Source: Eledone cirrhosa
Lineage: Eukaryota
DNA: 64,000 nucleotides
Direction of reading: 5' to 3'
Assembly: GCA_964016885.1 (NCBI GenBank)
Contig: OZ024743.1
Span: 138,880,001-138,944,000, forward strand
Every line of letters starts with the position of its first letter. Within the stretch, counting starts at the first letter, position 1. The notes beneath the pieces are model-generated. The model had not been told where the DNA came from. It worked only from the letters and a program-made list of their open reading frames with translations, and did no database searches. Of the stretch, positions 14,901 through 30,400 are shown piece after piece. Position numbers and translations under genes: made by a program.

Positions 14901-17900
14901 AGCACCAAACACCAAACACCAAGCACCAAGCACCACACACCAAATACCAAGCACCAAGCACTAAACACCAAACACCAAGCCCCAAGCACCAATCACCAAG
15001 CACCAAGCACTAAACACCAAACACCTAGCACCAAGCACCAAGCACCAAACACCAAGCACCAAGCACCAAGCACCAAACACCAAGCACCAAAGACCAATCC
15101 CCAAATACCAAGCACCAAGCACCAAACACTAATCACCAGGGACCAAGCACCAAACACCAAGAACCAAGCACCAAGCACTAAACACCAAACACCAAGCACC
15201 AAGCACCAAACACCAAACACCAAGCACCAAGTACCAAACTCCAAACACCAAACACCAAGCACCAAGCACCAAATCCCAAGCACCAAACACCAAGCACCAA
15301 TCAACAAACACCAAACACCAAGCACCAAGCACCAAACACCAAAAACCAAGCACCAAGCACCAAGCACCAAACACCAAGCACCAAGCACCAAACACCAAAC
15401 AGCAAGCACCAAGCACCAAACACCAAACACCAAGCACCAAGCACCACACACCAACTACCAAGCACCAAGCACTAAACACCAAACACCAAGCACCAAGCAC
15501 CAAGCATCAAGCACCAAGCACCAAACACCAAGCACCAAGCACCAAGCACCAAACATAAAACAACAAGTACCAAGCACCAAACACCAAACACCAAACACCA
15601 AACACCAAGCACAAAGCACCAAACACCAAACACCAAGCACCAAGCACCAGACACCAAGCACCAAGCACCAAGCACCAAGCACCAAAAACCAAGCACCAAG
15701 CACCAAGGACCAAACACCAAGCACCAAACACCAAACACCAAGCACCAAGCACCAAACACCAAACACCAAGCACCAAACACCAAACACCAAGCACCAATCA
15801 CCAAACACCAAGCACCAAGCGCCAAACACCAAACACCAAACACCTAGCACCAAGCACCAAGCACCGAATCCCAAGCACCAAACACCAAGCACCAAGCACC
15901 AAGCACCAAGCACCAAGCACCAAACACCAATCACCAAGCCCGAAGCACCAAACACGAAGCACCAAGCACCAAACACCAAACACCAAGCACCATGCACCCA
16001 GAACCAAGCACCAAGCACCAAACACCAAACACCAAGCACCAAGCACCAATCACCAAACACCAAGCACCAAACACCAAGCACCAAGCACCAAACACCATAC
16101 ACCAAGCACCAAGCACCAAACACCAAAAACCAATCACCAAGCACCAAAGAGCAAACACCAAGCCCCAAGCACCAAACACCAAACACCAAACACCAAACAG
16201 CAAACACTAAACACCAAACACCAAACAGCAAACACGAAACACCAAATAGCAAACACCAAACACCAACCAGGAAACACCAAACAGCAAACACCAAACAGCA
16301 AACGCCAAACAGCAAACATAAACACCAAACACCAAACACCAAGCACCAAGCACCAAGCACAAAACACCAAGCAACAAGCGCCAAGCACCAAACGCCAAAC
16401 ACCAAACACCAAACAGCAAACACCAATCACCAACCACCAAACACCAAACACCAAACAGCAAACACGAAACAGCAAACACCAAACAGTAAACACCAAACAG
16501 CAAACACCAAACAGCAAACACCAAACACCAAACACCAAACACCAAGCACCAAGCACCAAACACCAAGCACCAAGCAACAAGCACCAAGCACCAAGCACCA
16601 AACACTAATCACCAGGGACCAAGCACCAAACACCTAGCACCAAGCACCAAGCACCAAACACCAAGCACCAAGCACCAAGCACCAAGCACCAAACACCAAG
16701 CACCAAAGACCAAGCCCCAAATACCAAGCACCAAGCACCAAACACCAGTCACCAGGCACCAAGCACCAAACACCAACAACCAAGCACCAAGCACTAAACA
16801 CCAAACACCAAGCACCAAGCACCAAACACCAAACACCAAGCAGCAAGTACCAAACTCCAAACACCAAACACCAAGCACCAAGCACCAAATCCCAAGCACC
16901 AAACACCAGGCACCAATCACCAAACACCAAACACCAAGCACCAAGCACCAAACACCCAAAACCAAGCACCAAGCACCAAGCACCAAACACCAAACACTGA
17001 ACACCAAGTACCAAGCACCAAACACCAAGCACCAAGCGCCAAAGACCAAACACCAAGCACCAAGCACGAAACACCAAGCACCAAGCACCGAGCACCAAAC
17101 ACCAAGTACCAGGCACCAATCAACAAACACCAAGCACCAAGCACCAAATACCAGACAGCAAGCACCAAGCACCAAACACCAAACACCAAGCACCAAACAC
17201 CAAACACCTAGCACCAAGCACCAAGCACCGAATCCCAAGCACCAAACACCAAGCACCAAGCACCAAGCACCAAGCACCAAGCACCAAACACCAATCACCA
17301 AGCCCGAAGCACCAAACACGAAGCACCAAGCACCAAACACCAAACACCAAGCACCATGCACCCAGAACCAAGCACCAAGCACCAAACACCAAACACCAAG
17401 CACCAAGCACCAATCACCAAACACCAAGCACCAAGCACCAATCACCAAGCACCAAAGAGCAAACACCAAGCCCCAAGCACCAAACACCAAACACCAAACA
17501 CCAAACAGCAAACACTAAACACCAAACACCAAACAGCAAACACGAAACACCAAATAGCAAACACCAAACACCAACCAGGAAACACCAAACAGCAAAGACC
17601 AAACAGCAAACGCCAAACAGCAAACATAAACACCAAACACCAAACACCAAGCACCAAGCACCAAGCACAAAACACCAAGCAACAAGCGCCAAGCACCAAA
17701 CACCAAACACCAAACACCAAACAGCAAACACGAAACAGCAAACACCAAACAGTAAACACCAAACAGCAAACACCAAACAGCAAACACCAAACACCAAACA
17801 CCAAACACCAAGCACCAAGCACCAAACACCAAGCACCAAGCAACAAGCACCAATCACCAAGCACCAAGCACTAAACACCAAACACCTAGCACCAAGCACC

Positions 17901-19150
17901 AAGCACCAAACACCAAGCACCAAGCACCAAGCACCAAGCACCAAACACCAAGCACCAAAGACCAAGCCCCAAATACCAAGCACCAAGCACCAAACACCAG
18001 TCACCAGGCACCAAGCACCAAACACCAACAACCAAGCACCAAGCACTAAACACCAAACACCAAGCACCAAGCACCAAACACCAAACACCAAGCACCAAGT
18101 ACCAAACTCCAAACACCAAACACCAAGCACCAAGCACCAAATCCCAAGCACCAAACACCAAGCACCAATCACCAAACACCAAACACCAAGCAGCAAGCAC
18201 CAAACACCCAAAACCAAGCACCAAGCACCAAGCACCAAACACCAAACACTGAACACCAAGTACCAAGCACCAAACACCAAGCACCAAGCGCCAAAGACCA
18301 AACACCAAGCACCAAGCACGAAACACCAAGCACCAAGCACCGAGCACCAAACACCAAGTACCAGGCACCAATCAACAAACACCAAGCACCAAGCACCAAA
18401 TACCAGACAGCAAGCACCAAGCACCAAACACCAAACACCAAGCACCAAGCACCAAACACCAAGCACCAAGCGCCAAACACCAAACACCAAGCACCAAGCA
18501 CCAAACACCAAGCACCAACCACCAAGCACCAAACACCAAGCACCAAGCACCAAACACCAAGCACCAATCACCAAACAGCAAACACCAAGCACCAAACACC
18601 AAACACCAAGCACCAAGCAACAAACACCAAGCACCAAGCACCAAACACCAAGCACAAAGCACCAAACACCAAAAACCAATCACCAAGCACCAAAGAGCAA
18701 ACACCAAGCCCCAAGCACCAAACACCAAACACCAAACACCAAATAGCAAACACTAAACACCAAACACCAAACAGCAAACACAAAACACCAAATAGCAAAT
18801 ACCAAACAGCAAACACCAAACACCAAACAGCAAACACCAAACACCAACCAGGAAACACCAAACACCAAGCACCAAACACCAAGCACCAAGCCCCAAGCAC
18901 CAAACACCAAGCACCAAGCACCAAACACCAAGCACCAAGCACCATGCACCAAACACCAAGCACCAAGCACCAAACAGCAAACACCAAACAGCAAACACCA
19001 AACACCAAACACCAACCAGCAAACACCAAGCACCAAACACCAAACACCAAGCACCAAGCACCAAACACCAAACACCAAGCACCAAGCACCACACACCAAA
19101 TACCAAGCACCAAGCACTAAACACCAAACACCAAGCACCAAGCACCAAGC
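11990..19150 (+). repeat. Cluster of related 1.25-4.1 kb block duplications
   Basis: ORF pairs 12659/15507 and 12607/15455 (offset 2848), 16634/17886 (1252), 15992/17356 (1364) and 14223/18372 (4149; GAGCAAA at 14546/18695). Confidence 0.8.
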
Positions 19151-19299
19151 ATCAAACACCAAGCACCAAACACCAACCACCAAGCACCAAGCACCAAACA
19201 CAAAACAACAAGTACCAAGCACCAAACACCAAACACCAAACACCAAACACCAAGCACCAAGCACCAGACACCAAGCACCAAGCACCAAGCACCAAGCAC

Positions 19300-22200
19300 C
19301 AAAAACCAAGCTCCAAGCTCCAAGCACCAAACACCAAGCACCAACCACCAAGCACCAAACACCAAGCACCAGGCACCAAGCACCAAGCACCAAGCACCAA
19401 ACACCAAGCACCAAGCACCAAACAGCAAACACCAAGCACCAAACACCAAACACCAAGCACCAAGCAACAAACACCAAACACCAAGCACCAAACACTAAGC
19501 ACCAAGCCCCAAGCACCAAACACCAAGCACCAAGCACCAAACACCAAGCACCAAGCACCAAGCACCATGCACCAAACACCAAGCACCAAGCACCAAACAG
19601 CAAACACCAAACAGCAAACACCAAACAGCAAACACCAAACAGCAAACACCAAACACCAAACACCAAACAGCAAACGCCAAAAAGCAAACGCCAAACTCCA
19701 AACGCCAAACAGCAAATGCCAAACCCCAAACGCCAAACAGCAAACGCCAAGCACCAAACACCAAACACCAAGCGCCAAGCACCAAACACCAAACACCAAG
19801 CACCAAGCACCAAACACCAAACACCAAGCACCAAGTACCAAACACCAAACACCAAGCACCAAACACCAAAGAGCAAACGCAAAAAAGCAAACGCCAAACC
19901 CCATACGCCAAACAGCAAATGCCAAACCCCAAACGCCAAACAGCAAACGCCAAGCACCAAACACCAAACACCAAGCACCAAGCGCCAAACACCAAGCACC
20001 AAGCACCAAGCACCAAACACCAAACACCAAGCACCAATCACCAAACACGAAACACCAAGCGCCAAACACCAAACACCAAACACCTAGCACCAATCACCAA
20101 TCACCAAACACCAAGCACCAAACACCAAGCACCAAGCACCAAGCACCAAGCACCAAGCACCAAACACCAATCACCAAGCCCCAAGCACCAAACACCAAGC
20201 ACCCAGCACCAAACACCAAACACCAAGCACCAAGCACCCAGAACAAAGCACCAAGCACCAAACACCAAGCACCAAACACCAAGCACCAAGCACCAAACAC
20301 AAATCACCAAGCCCCAAGCACCAAACACCAAGCACCAAGCACCAAACACCAAACACCAAGCACCAAGCACCCAGAACCAAGCACCAAGCACCAAACACCA
20401 AACACCAAGCACCAAGCACCAAACACCAAACACCAAGCACCAAGCACCAAGCACCAAGCACCAAACACCATACACCAAGCACCAAGGACCAAACACCAAA
20501 AACCAATCACCAAGCACCAAAGAGCAAACACCAAGCCCCAAGCACCAAACACCAAACACCAAACACCAAATAGCAAACACTAAACACCAAACACCAAACA
20601 GCAAACACAAAACACTAAATAGCGAACACCAAACAGCAAACACCAAACACCAAACAGCAAACACCAAACACCAACCAGGAAACACCAACCAGGAAACACC
20701 AAACACCAAGCACCAAGCCCCAAGCACCAAACACCAAGCACCAAGCACCAAACACCAAGCACCATGCACCAAGCACCATGCACCAAACACCAAGCACCAA
20801 GCACCAAACAGCAAACACCAAACAGCAAACACCAAACACCAAACACCAACCAGCAAACACCAAACACCAAACACCAAACAGCAAACACCAAACACCAAAC
20901 ACCAAGCACCAAGCACCCAGAACCAAGCACCAAGCACCAAACACCAAGCACCAACCACCAAGCACCAGGCCCAAACACCAAGCACCAATCACCATGCACC
21001 AAGCACCAAGCAACAAACACAAAGCACCAATCACCAAGCACCGAGCACCAAGCACCAAGCACCAAGCACCAAACACCAAGCACCAAACACTAAACACCAA
21101 GCACCAAGCACCAATCACCAAACACCAAGCACCAAGCACCAAACACCAAACAGCAAGCACCAAGCACCAAACACCAAACACCAAGTACCAAGCCCAAAGC
21201 ACCAAACACCAAGCACTTAGCAGCAAGCACCAAACACCAAACACCAAGCACCAAGCACCAAGCACCAAGCACCAAGCACCAAGCACCAAGCACCAAACAC
21301 CAATCACCAAGCCCCAAGCACCAAACACCAAGCACCAAGCACCAAACACCAAACACCAAGCACCAAGCACCCAGAACCAAGCACCAAGCACCAAACACCA
21401 AACACCAACCACCAAGCACCAAACACCAAACACCAAGCACCAAGCACCAAGCACCAAGCTCCAAACACCAAGGACCAATCACCAAACACCAAGCACCAAG
21501 CACCAAACACCAAACACCAAACACCTAGCACCAAGCACCAAGCACCAAACACCAAGCACCAAACACCAAGCACCAAGCACCAAGCACCAAGCACCAAGCA
21601 CCAAACACCAATCACCAAGCCCCAAGCACCAAACACCAAGCACCCAGCACCATGCACCAAACACCAAGCACCAAGCACCCAGAACAAAGCACCAAGCACC
21701 AAACACCAAACACCAAACACCAAACACCAAGCACCAAGCACCAGACACCAAGCACCAAGCACCAAGCACCAAGCACCAAAGACCAAGCACCAAGCTCCAA
21801 GCACCAAACACCAAGCACCAAACAGCAAACACCAAGCACCAAGCACCAAACACCAAGCACCAAGCGCCAAACACCAAACTCCAAGCACCAAGCACCAAAC
21901 ACCAAGCACCAACCACCAAGCACCAAACACCAAGCACCAGGCACCAAGCACCAAGCACCAAGCACCAAACACCAAGCACCAAGCACCAAACAGCAAACAC
22001 CAAGCACCAAACACCAAACACCAAGCACCAAGCAACAAACACCAAACACCAAGCACCAAACACCAATCACCAAGCCCCAAGCACCAAACACCAAGCACCA
22101 AGCACCAAACACCAAGCACCAAGCACCAAGCACCATGCACCAAACACCAAGCACCAAGCACCAAACAGCAAACACCAAACAGCAAACACCAAACAGCAAA

Positions 22201-24400
22201 CACCAAACACCAAACACCAAACAGCAAACGCCAAAAAGCAAACGCCAAACTCCAAACGCCAAACAGCAAATGCCAAACCCCAAACGCCAAACAGCAAACG
22301 CCAAGCACCAAACACCAAACACCAAGCGCCAAGCACCAAACACCAAACACCAAGCACCAAGCACCAAACACCAAACACCAAGCTCCAAGTACCAAACACC
22401 AAACACCAAGCACCAAACACCAAACAGCAAACGCAAAAAAGCAAACGCCAAACCCCATACGCCAAACAGCAAATGCCAAACCCCAAATGCCAAACAGCAA
22501 ACGCCAAGCACCAAACACCAAACACCAAGCGCCAAGCGCCAAGCACCAAGCACCAAGCACCAAGCACCAAGCACCAAACACCAAACACCAAGCACCAATC
22601 ACCAAACACCAAACACCAAGCGCCAAACACCAAACACCAAACACCTAGCACCAATCACCAATCACCAAACAGTAAGCACCAAACGCCAAGCACCAAGCAC
22701 CAAGCACCAAGCACCAAGCACCAAACACCAATCACCAAGCCCCAAGCACCAAACACCAAGCACCCAGCACCAAACACCAAACACCAAGCACCAAGCACCC
22801 AGAACAAAGCACCAAGCACCAAACACCAAGCACCAAGCACCAAGCACCAAGCACCAAACACCAATCACCAAGCCCCAAACACCAAACACCAAGCACCAAG
22901 CACCCAGAACCAAGCACCAAGCACCAAACACCAAACACCAAGCACCAAGCACCAAACACCAAACACCAAGCACCAAGCACCAAGCACCAAGCACCAAACA
23001 CCATACACCAAGCACCAAGGACCAAACACCAAAAACCAATCACCAAGCACCAAAGAGCAAACACCAAGCCCCAAGCACCAAACACCAAACACCAAACACC
23101 AAATAGCAAACACTAAACACCAAACACCAAACAGCAAACACAAAACACCAAATAGCAAACACCAAACAGCAAACACCAAACACCAAACAGCAAACACCAA
23201 ACACCAACCAGGAAACACCAACCAGGAAACACCAAACACCAAGCACCAAGCCCCAAGCACCAAACACCAAGCACCAAGCACCAAACACCAAGCACCATGC
23301 ACCAAGCACCATGCACCAAACACCAAGCACCAAGCACCAAACAGCAAACACCAAACAGTAAACACCAAACACCAAACACCAACCAGCAAACACCAAACAC
23401 CAAACACCAAACAGCAAACACCGAACAGCAAACACCAAACAGCAAACAACAAACACCAAACACCAAACAGCAAACGCCAAAAAGCAAACGCCAAACTCCA
23501 AACGCCAAACAGCAAACGCCAAGGACCAAACACCAAACACCAAGCGCCAAGCACCAAACACCAAACACCAAGCACCAAGTACCACACATCAAACACCGAG
23601 CACCAAACACCAAACACCAGGCCCAAACACCAAGCACCAATCACCAAGCACCAAGCACCAAGCAACAAACATAAAGCACCAATCACCAAGCACCGAGCAC
23701 CAAGCACCAAGCACCAAGCACCAAACACCAAGCACCAAACACTAAACACCAAGCACCAAGCACCAATCACCAAACACCAAGCACCAAGCACCAAACACCA
23801 AACAGCAAGCACCAAGCACCAAACACCAAACACCAAGTACCAAGCCCAAAGCACCAAACACCAAGCACCTAGCAGCAAGCACCAAACACCAAACACCAAG
23901 CACCAAGCATCAAGCACCAAGCACCAAGTACCAAGCACCAAGCACCAAACACCAATCACCAAGCCCCAAGCACCAAACACCAAGCACCAAGCACCAAACA
24001 CCAAACACCAAGCACCAAGCACCCAGAACCAAGCACCAAGCACCAAACACCAAACACCAACCACCAAGCACCAAACACCAAACACCAAGCACCAAGCACC
24101 TAGCACCAAGCACCAAACACCAAACACCAAACACCAAACACCAAGGACCAATCACCAAACACCAAGCACCAAGCACCAAACACCAAACACCAAACACCTA
24201 GCACCAAGCACCAAGCACCAAACACCAAGCACCAAACACCAAGCACCAAGCACCAAGCACCAAGCACCAAGCACCAAACACCAATCACCAAGCCCCAAGC
24301 ACCAAACACCAAGCACCCAGCACCATACACCAAACACCAAGCACCAAGCACCCAGAACAAAGCACCAAGCACCAAACACCAAACACCAAGCTCCAAGCAC
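19300..24400 (+). repeat. Imperfect tandem duplication of a ~2.55-kb block
   Basis: ORF pairs 20094/22655 (offset 2561) and 20764/23297 (2533). GAGCAAA at 20522/23055. Shared private variants: doubled ACCAGGAAAC, CCAGGCCCAAA and CCAAGCCCAAAGC. Confidence 0.85.
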
Positions 24401-24599
24401 CAAACACCAAACACGAAGCACCATGCACCAAGCACCAAGCACCAAACACCAAACACCAAGCACCAAGCACCAAACACCAAACACCAAGCACCAATCACCA
24501 TACACCAAGCACCAAGCACCAAACACCAAACACCAAGCACCAATCACCATACACCTAGCACCAAGCACCAAGCACCAAACACCAAGCACCAAACACCAA

Positions 24600-27500
24600 G
24601 CACCATGCACCAAGCACCAAGCACCAAGCACCAAACACCAATCACCAAGCCCCAAGCACCAGACACCAAGCACCAAGCACCAAACACCAAACACCAAGCA
24701 CCAAGCACCCAGAACCAAGCACCAAGCACCAAACACCAAACACAAAGCACCAAGCACCAAACACCAAACACCAAGCACCAAGCACCAAGCACCAAGTACC
24801 AAACACCATACACCAAGCACCAAGCACCAAACACCAAAAACCAATCACCAAGCACCAAAGAGCAAACACCAAGCCCCAAGCACCAAACAACAAACACCAA
24901 ACACCAAAAAGCAAACACTAAACACAAAACACCAAACAGCAAACACAAAACACCAAATAGCAAACACCAAACACCAACCAGGAAACACCAAACAGCAAAC
25001 ACCAAACAGCAAACGCCAAACAGCAAACACAAACACCAAACACCAAACACCAAGCACCAAGCACCAAGCACAAAACACCAAGCACCAAGCGCCAAGCACC
25101 AAACACCAAACACCAAACACCAAACAGCAAACACCAATCACCAAACACCAGACACCAAACACCAAACAGCAAACACCAAACACCAAACAGCAAACACCAA
25201 ACACCAAACACCAAACAGCAAACACGAAACAGCAAACACCAAACAGCAAACACCAAACAGCAAACACTCAAACAGCAAACAGCAAACACCAAACTCCAAA
25301 CACCAAGCACCAAGCACCAAACTCCAAGCACCAAGCAACAAGCACCAATCACCAAGCACCAAGCACTAAACACCAAACACCTAGCACCAAGCACCAAGCA
25401 CCAAACACCAAGCACCAAGCACCAAGCACCAAACACCAAGCACCAAAGACCAAGCCCCAAATACCAAGCACCAAGCACCAAACACTAATCACCAGGGACC
25501 AAGCACCAAACACCAAGAACCAAGCACCAAGCACTAAACACCAAACACCAAGCACCAAGCACCAAACACCAAACACCAAGCACCAAGTACCAAACTCCAA
25601 ACACCAAACACCAAGCACCAAGCACCAAATCCCAAGCACCAAACACCAAGCACCAATCACCAAACACCAAACACCAAGCGCCAAGCACCAAACACCAAGC
25701 ACCAAGCACGAAACACCAAGCACCAACCACCGAGCACCAAACACCAAGTACCAAGCACCAATCACCAAACACCAAGCACCAAGCACCAAACACCAAACAG
25801 CAAGCACCAAGCACCAAGCACCAAACATGAAACAACAAGTACCAAGCACCAAACACCAAACACCAAACACCAAACACCAAGCACAAAGCACCAAACACCA
25901 AACACCAAGCACCAAGCACCAGACACCAAGCACCAAGCACCAAGCACCAAGCACCAAAAACCAAGCACCAAGCTCCAAGGACCAAACACCAAGCACCAAA
26001 CACCAAACACAAAGCACCAAGCACCAAACACCAAACACCAAGCACCAAGCACCAAACACCATACACCAAGCACCAATCACCAAACACCAAGCACCAAGCG
26101 CCAAACACCAAACACCAAACACCTAGCACCAAGCACCAAGCACCGAACACCAAGCACCAAACACCAAGCACCAAGCACCAAGCACCAAGCACCAAGCACC
26201 AAACACCAATCACCAAGCCCCAAGCACCAAACACCAAGCACCAAGACCCAACCACCAAACACCAAGCACCATGCACCCAGAACCAAGCACCAAGCACCAA
26301 ACACGAAACACCAAGCACCAAGCACCAAACACCAAACACCAAGCACCAAGCACCAAACACTATACACCAAGCACCAAGCACCAAACACCAAAAACCAATC
26401 ACCAAGCACCAAAGAGCAAACACCAAGCCCCAAGCACCAAACACCAAACACCAAACACCAAAAAGCAAACACTAAACACAAAACACCAAACAGCAAACAC
26501 CAAACACCAAATAGCAAACACCAAACACCAACCAGGAAACAGCAAACACCAAACAGCAAACGCCAAACAGCAAACACAAACTCCAAACACCAAACACCAA
26601 GCACCAAGCACCAAACAGCAAACACCAATCACCAAACACCAGACACCAAACACCAAACAGCAAACACCAAACACCAAACAGCAAACACCAAACACCAAAC
26701 ACCAAACAGCAAACACCAAACAGCAAACACCAAACAGCAAACACCAAACAGCAAACAGCAAACACCAAACTCCAAACACAAAGCACCAAGCACCAAACAC
26801 CAAGCACCAAGCAACAAGCACCAATCACCAAGCACCAAGCACTAAACACCAAACACCTAGCACCAAGCACCAAGCACCAAACACCAAGCACCAAGCACCA
26901 AGCACCAAACACCAAGCACCAAAGACTAAGCCCCAAATACCAAGCACCAAGCACCAAACACTAATCACCAGGGACCAAGCACCAAACACCAAGAACCAAG
27001 CACCAAGCACTAAACACCAAACACCAAGCACCAAACACCAAACACCAAGCACCAAGTACCAAACTCCAAACACCAAACACCAAGCACCAAGCACCAAATC
27101 CCAAGCACCAAACACCAAGCACCAATCACCAAACACCAAACACCAAGCGCCAAGCACCAAACACCAAGCACCAAGCACGAAACACCAAGCACCAAGCACC
27201 GAGCACCAAACACCAAGTACCAAGCACCAATCACCAAACACCAAGCACCAAGCACCAAACACCAAACAGCAAGCACCAAGCACCAAGCACCAAACATAAA
27301 ACAACAAGTACCAAGCACCAAACACCAAACACCAAACACCAAACACCAAACACCAAGCACAAAGCACCAAACACCAAACACCAAGCACCAAGCACCAGAC
27401 ACCAAGCACTAAGCACCAAGCACCAAGCACCAAAAACCAAGCACCAAGCTCCAAGGACCAAACACCAAGCACCAAACACCAAACACAAAGCACCAAGCAC

Positions 27501-30400
27501 CAAACACCAAACACCAAGCACCAAGCACCAAACACCAAACACCAAGCACCAATCACCAAACACCAAGCACCAAGCGCCAAACACCAAACACCAAACACCT
27601 AGCACCAAGCACCAAGCACCGAACACCAAGCACCAAACACCAAGCACCAAGCACCAAACACCAAGCACCAAGACCCAAACACCAAACACCAAGCACCATG
27701 CACCCAGAACCAAGCACCAAGCACCAAACACCAAACACCAAGCACCAAGCACCAAACACCAAACACCAAGCACCAAGCACCAAGCACCAAGCACCAAACA
27801 CCATACACCAAGCACCAAGCACCAAACACCAAAAACCAATCACCAAGCACCAAAGAGCAAACACCAAGCCCCAAGCACCAAACACCAAACACCAAACACC
27901 AAAAAGCAAACACTAAACACAAAACACCAAACAGCAAACACCAAACACCAAATAGCAAACACCAAACACCAACCAGGAAACACCAAACAGCAAACACCAA
28001 ACAGCAAACGCCAAACAGCAAACACAAACACCAAACACCAAGCACCAAGCACCAAGCACAAAACACCAAGCACCAAGCGCCAAGCACCAAACACCAAACA
28101 CCAAACACCAAACAGCAAACACCAATCACCAAACACCAGACACCAAACACCAAACAGCAAACACCAAACACCAAACAGCAAACACCAAACACCAAACACC
28201 AAACAGCAAACACGAAACAGCAAACACCAAACAGCAAACACCAAACAGCAAACACCAAACAGCAAACAGCAAACACCAAACTCCAAACACCAAGCACCAA
28301 GCACCAAACACCAAGCACCAAGCAACAAGCACCAATCACCAAGCACCAAGCACTAAACACCAAACACCTAGCACCAAGCACCAAGCACCAAACACCAAGC
28401 ACCAAGCACCAAGCACCAAACACCAAGCACCAAAGACCAAGCCCCAAATACCAAGCACCAAGCACCAAACACTAATCACCAGGGACCAAGCACCAAACAT
28501 CAAGAACCAAGCACCAAACACTAAACACTAAACACCAAACACCAAGCACCAAGCACCAAACACCAAACACCAAGCACCAAGTACCAAACTCCAAACACCA
28601 AACACCAAGCACCAAGCACCAAATCCCAAGCACCAAACACCAAGCACCAATCACCAAACACCAAACACCAAGCGCCAAGCACCAAACACCAAGCACCAAG
28701 CACGAAACACCAAGCACCAAGCACTGAGCACCAAACACCAAGTACCAAGCACCAATCACCAAACACCAAGCACCAAGCACCAAACACCAAACAGCAAGCA
28801 CCAAGCACCAAGCACCAAACATAAAACAACAAGTACCAAGCACCAAACACCAAACACCAAACACCAAACACCAAGCACAAAGCACCAAACACCAAACACC
28901 AAGCACCAAGCACCAGACACCAAGCACCAAGCACCAAGCACCAAGCACCAAGCACCAAAAACCAAGCACCAAGCTCCAAGGACCAAACACCAAGCACAAA
29001 ACACCAAACACAAAGCACCAAGTACCAAACACCAAACACCAAGCACCAAGCACCAAACACCAAACACCAAGCACCAATCACCAAACACCAAGCACCAAGC
29101 GCCAAACACCAAACACCAAACACCTAGCACCAAGCACCAAGCACCGAACACCAAGCACCAAACACCAAGCACCAAGCACCAAGCACCAAGCACCAAGCAC
29201 CAAACACCAATCAACAAGCCCCAAGCACCAAACACCAAGCACCAAGACCCAAACACCAGAAACCAAGCACCATGCACCCAGAACCAAGCACCAAGCACCA
29301 AACACCAAACACCAAGCTCCAAGCACCAAACACCAAACACCAAGCACCAAGCACCAAGCACCAAGCACCAAACACCATACACCAAGCACCAAGCACCAAA
29401 CACCAAAAACCAATCACCAAGCACCAAAGAGCAAACACCAAGCCCCAAGCACCAAACACCAAACACCAAACACCAAACAACAAACACTAAATAACAAACA
29501 CCAAACAGCAAACACCAAGCACCAAATAGCAAACACCAAACACCAACCAGGAAACACCAAACAGCAGACACCAAACAGCAATCGCCAAACAGCAAACACA
29601 AACACCAAACACCAAACAGCAAGCACCAAGCACCAAGCACAAAACACCAAGCACCAGGCGCCAAGTACCAAACACCAAACACCAAACACCAAACAGCAAA
29701 CACCAATCACCAAACACCAGACACCAAACACCAAACAGCAAACACCAAACACCAAACAGCAAACACCAAACACCAAACACCAAACAGCAAACACCAAACA
29801 GCAAACACCAAACACCAAACACCAAACACCAAGCACCAAGCACCAAACACCAAGCACCAAGCAACAAACACCAATCACCAAGCACCAAGCACTAAAAACC
29901 AAACACCCAGCACCAAGCACCAAGCACCAAAGACCAAGCACCAAGCACCAAGCACCAAACACCAAGCACCAAAGACCAAGCCCCAAATACCAAGCACCAA
30001 GCACCAAACACCAATCACAAGGCACCAAGCACCAAACACCAAGAACCAAGCACCAAGCACTAAACACCAAATACCAAGCACCAAGCACCAAACTCCAAAC
30101 ACCAAGCACCAAGTACCAAACTCCAAACACCAAACACCAAGCACCAAGCACCAAATCCCAAGCACCAAACACCAAGCACCAATCACCAAACACCAAACAC
30201 CAAGCACCAAGCACCAAACACCAAAATCCAAGCACCAAGCACCAAGCACCAAACACCAAACGCCAAACACCGAACACCAAGTACCAAGCGCCAAACACCA
30301 AGCACCAAGCGCCAAAGACCAAACACCAGGCACCGAGCACGAAACACCAAGCACCAAGCACCAAACACCAAGAACCAAGCACCAAACACCAGACAGCAAG
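24600..30400 (+). repeat. Run of about four tandem ~1.45-1.57 kb higher-order units
   Basis: GAGCAAA at 24860, 26414, 27855 and 29429. Equivalent ORF ends at 25349, 26825, 28336 and 29875. Landmarks occur in the same order in each unit. Confidence 0.85.
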
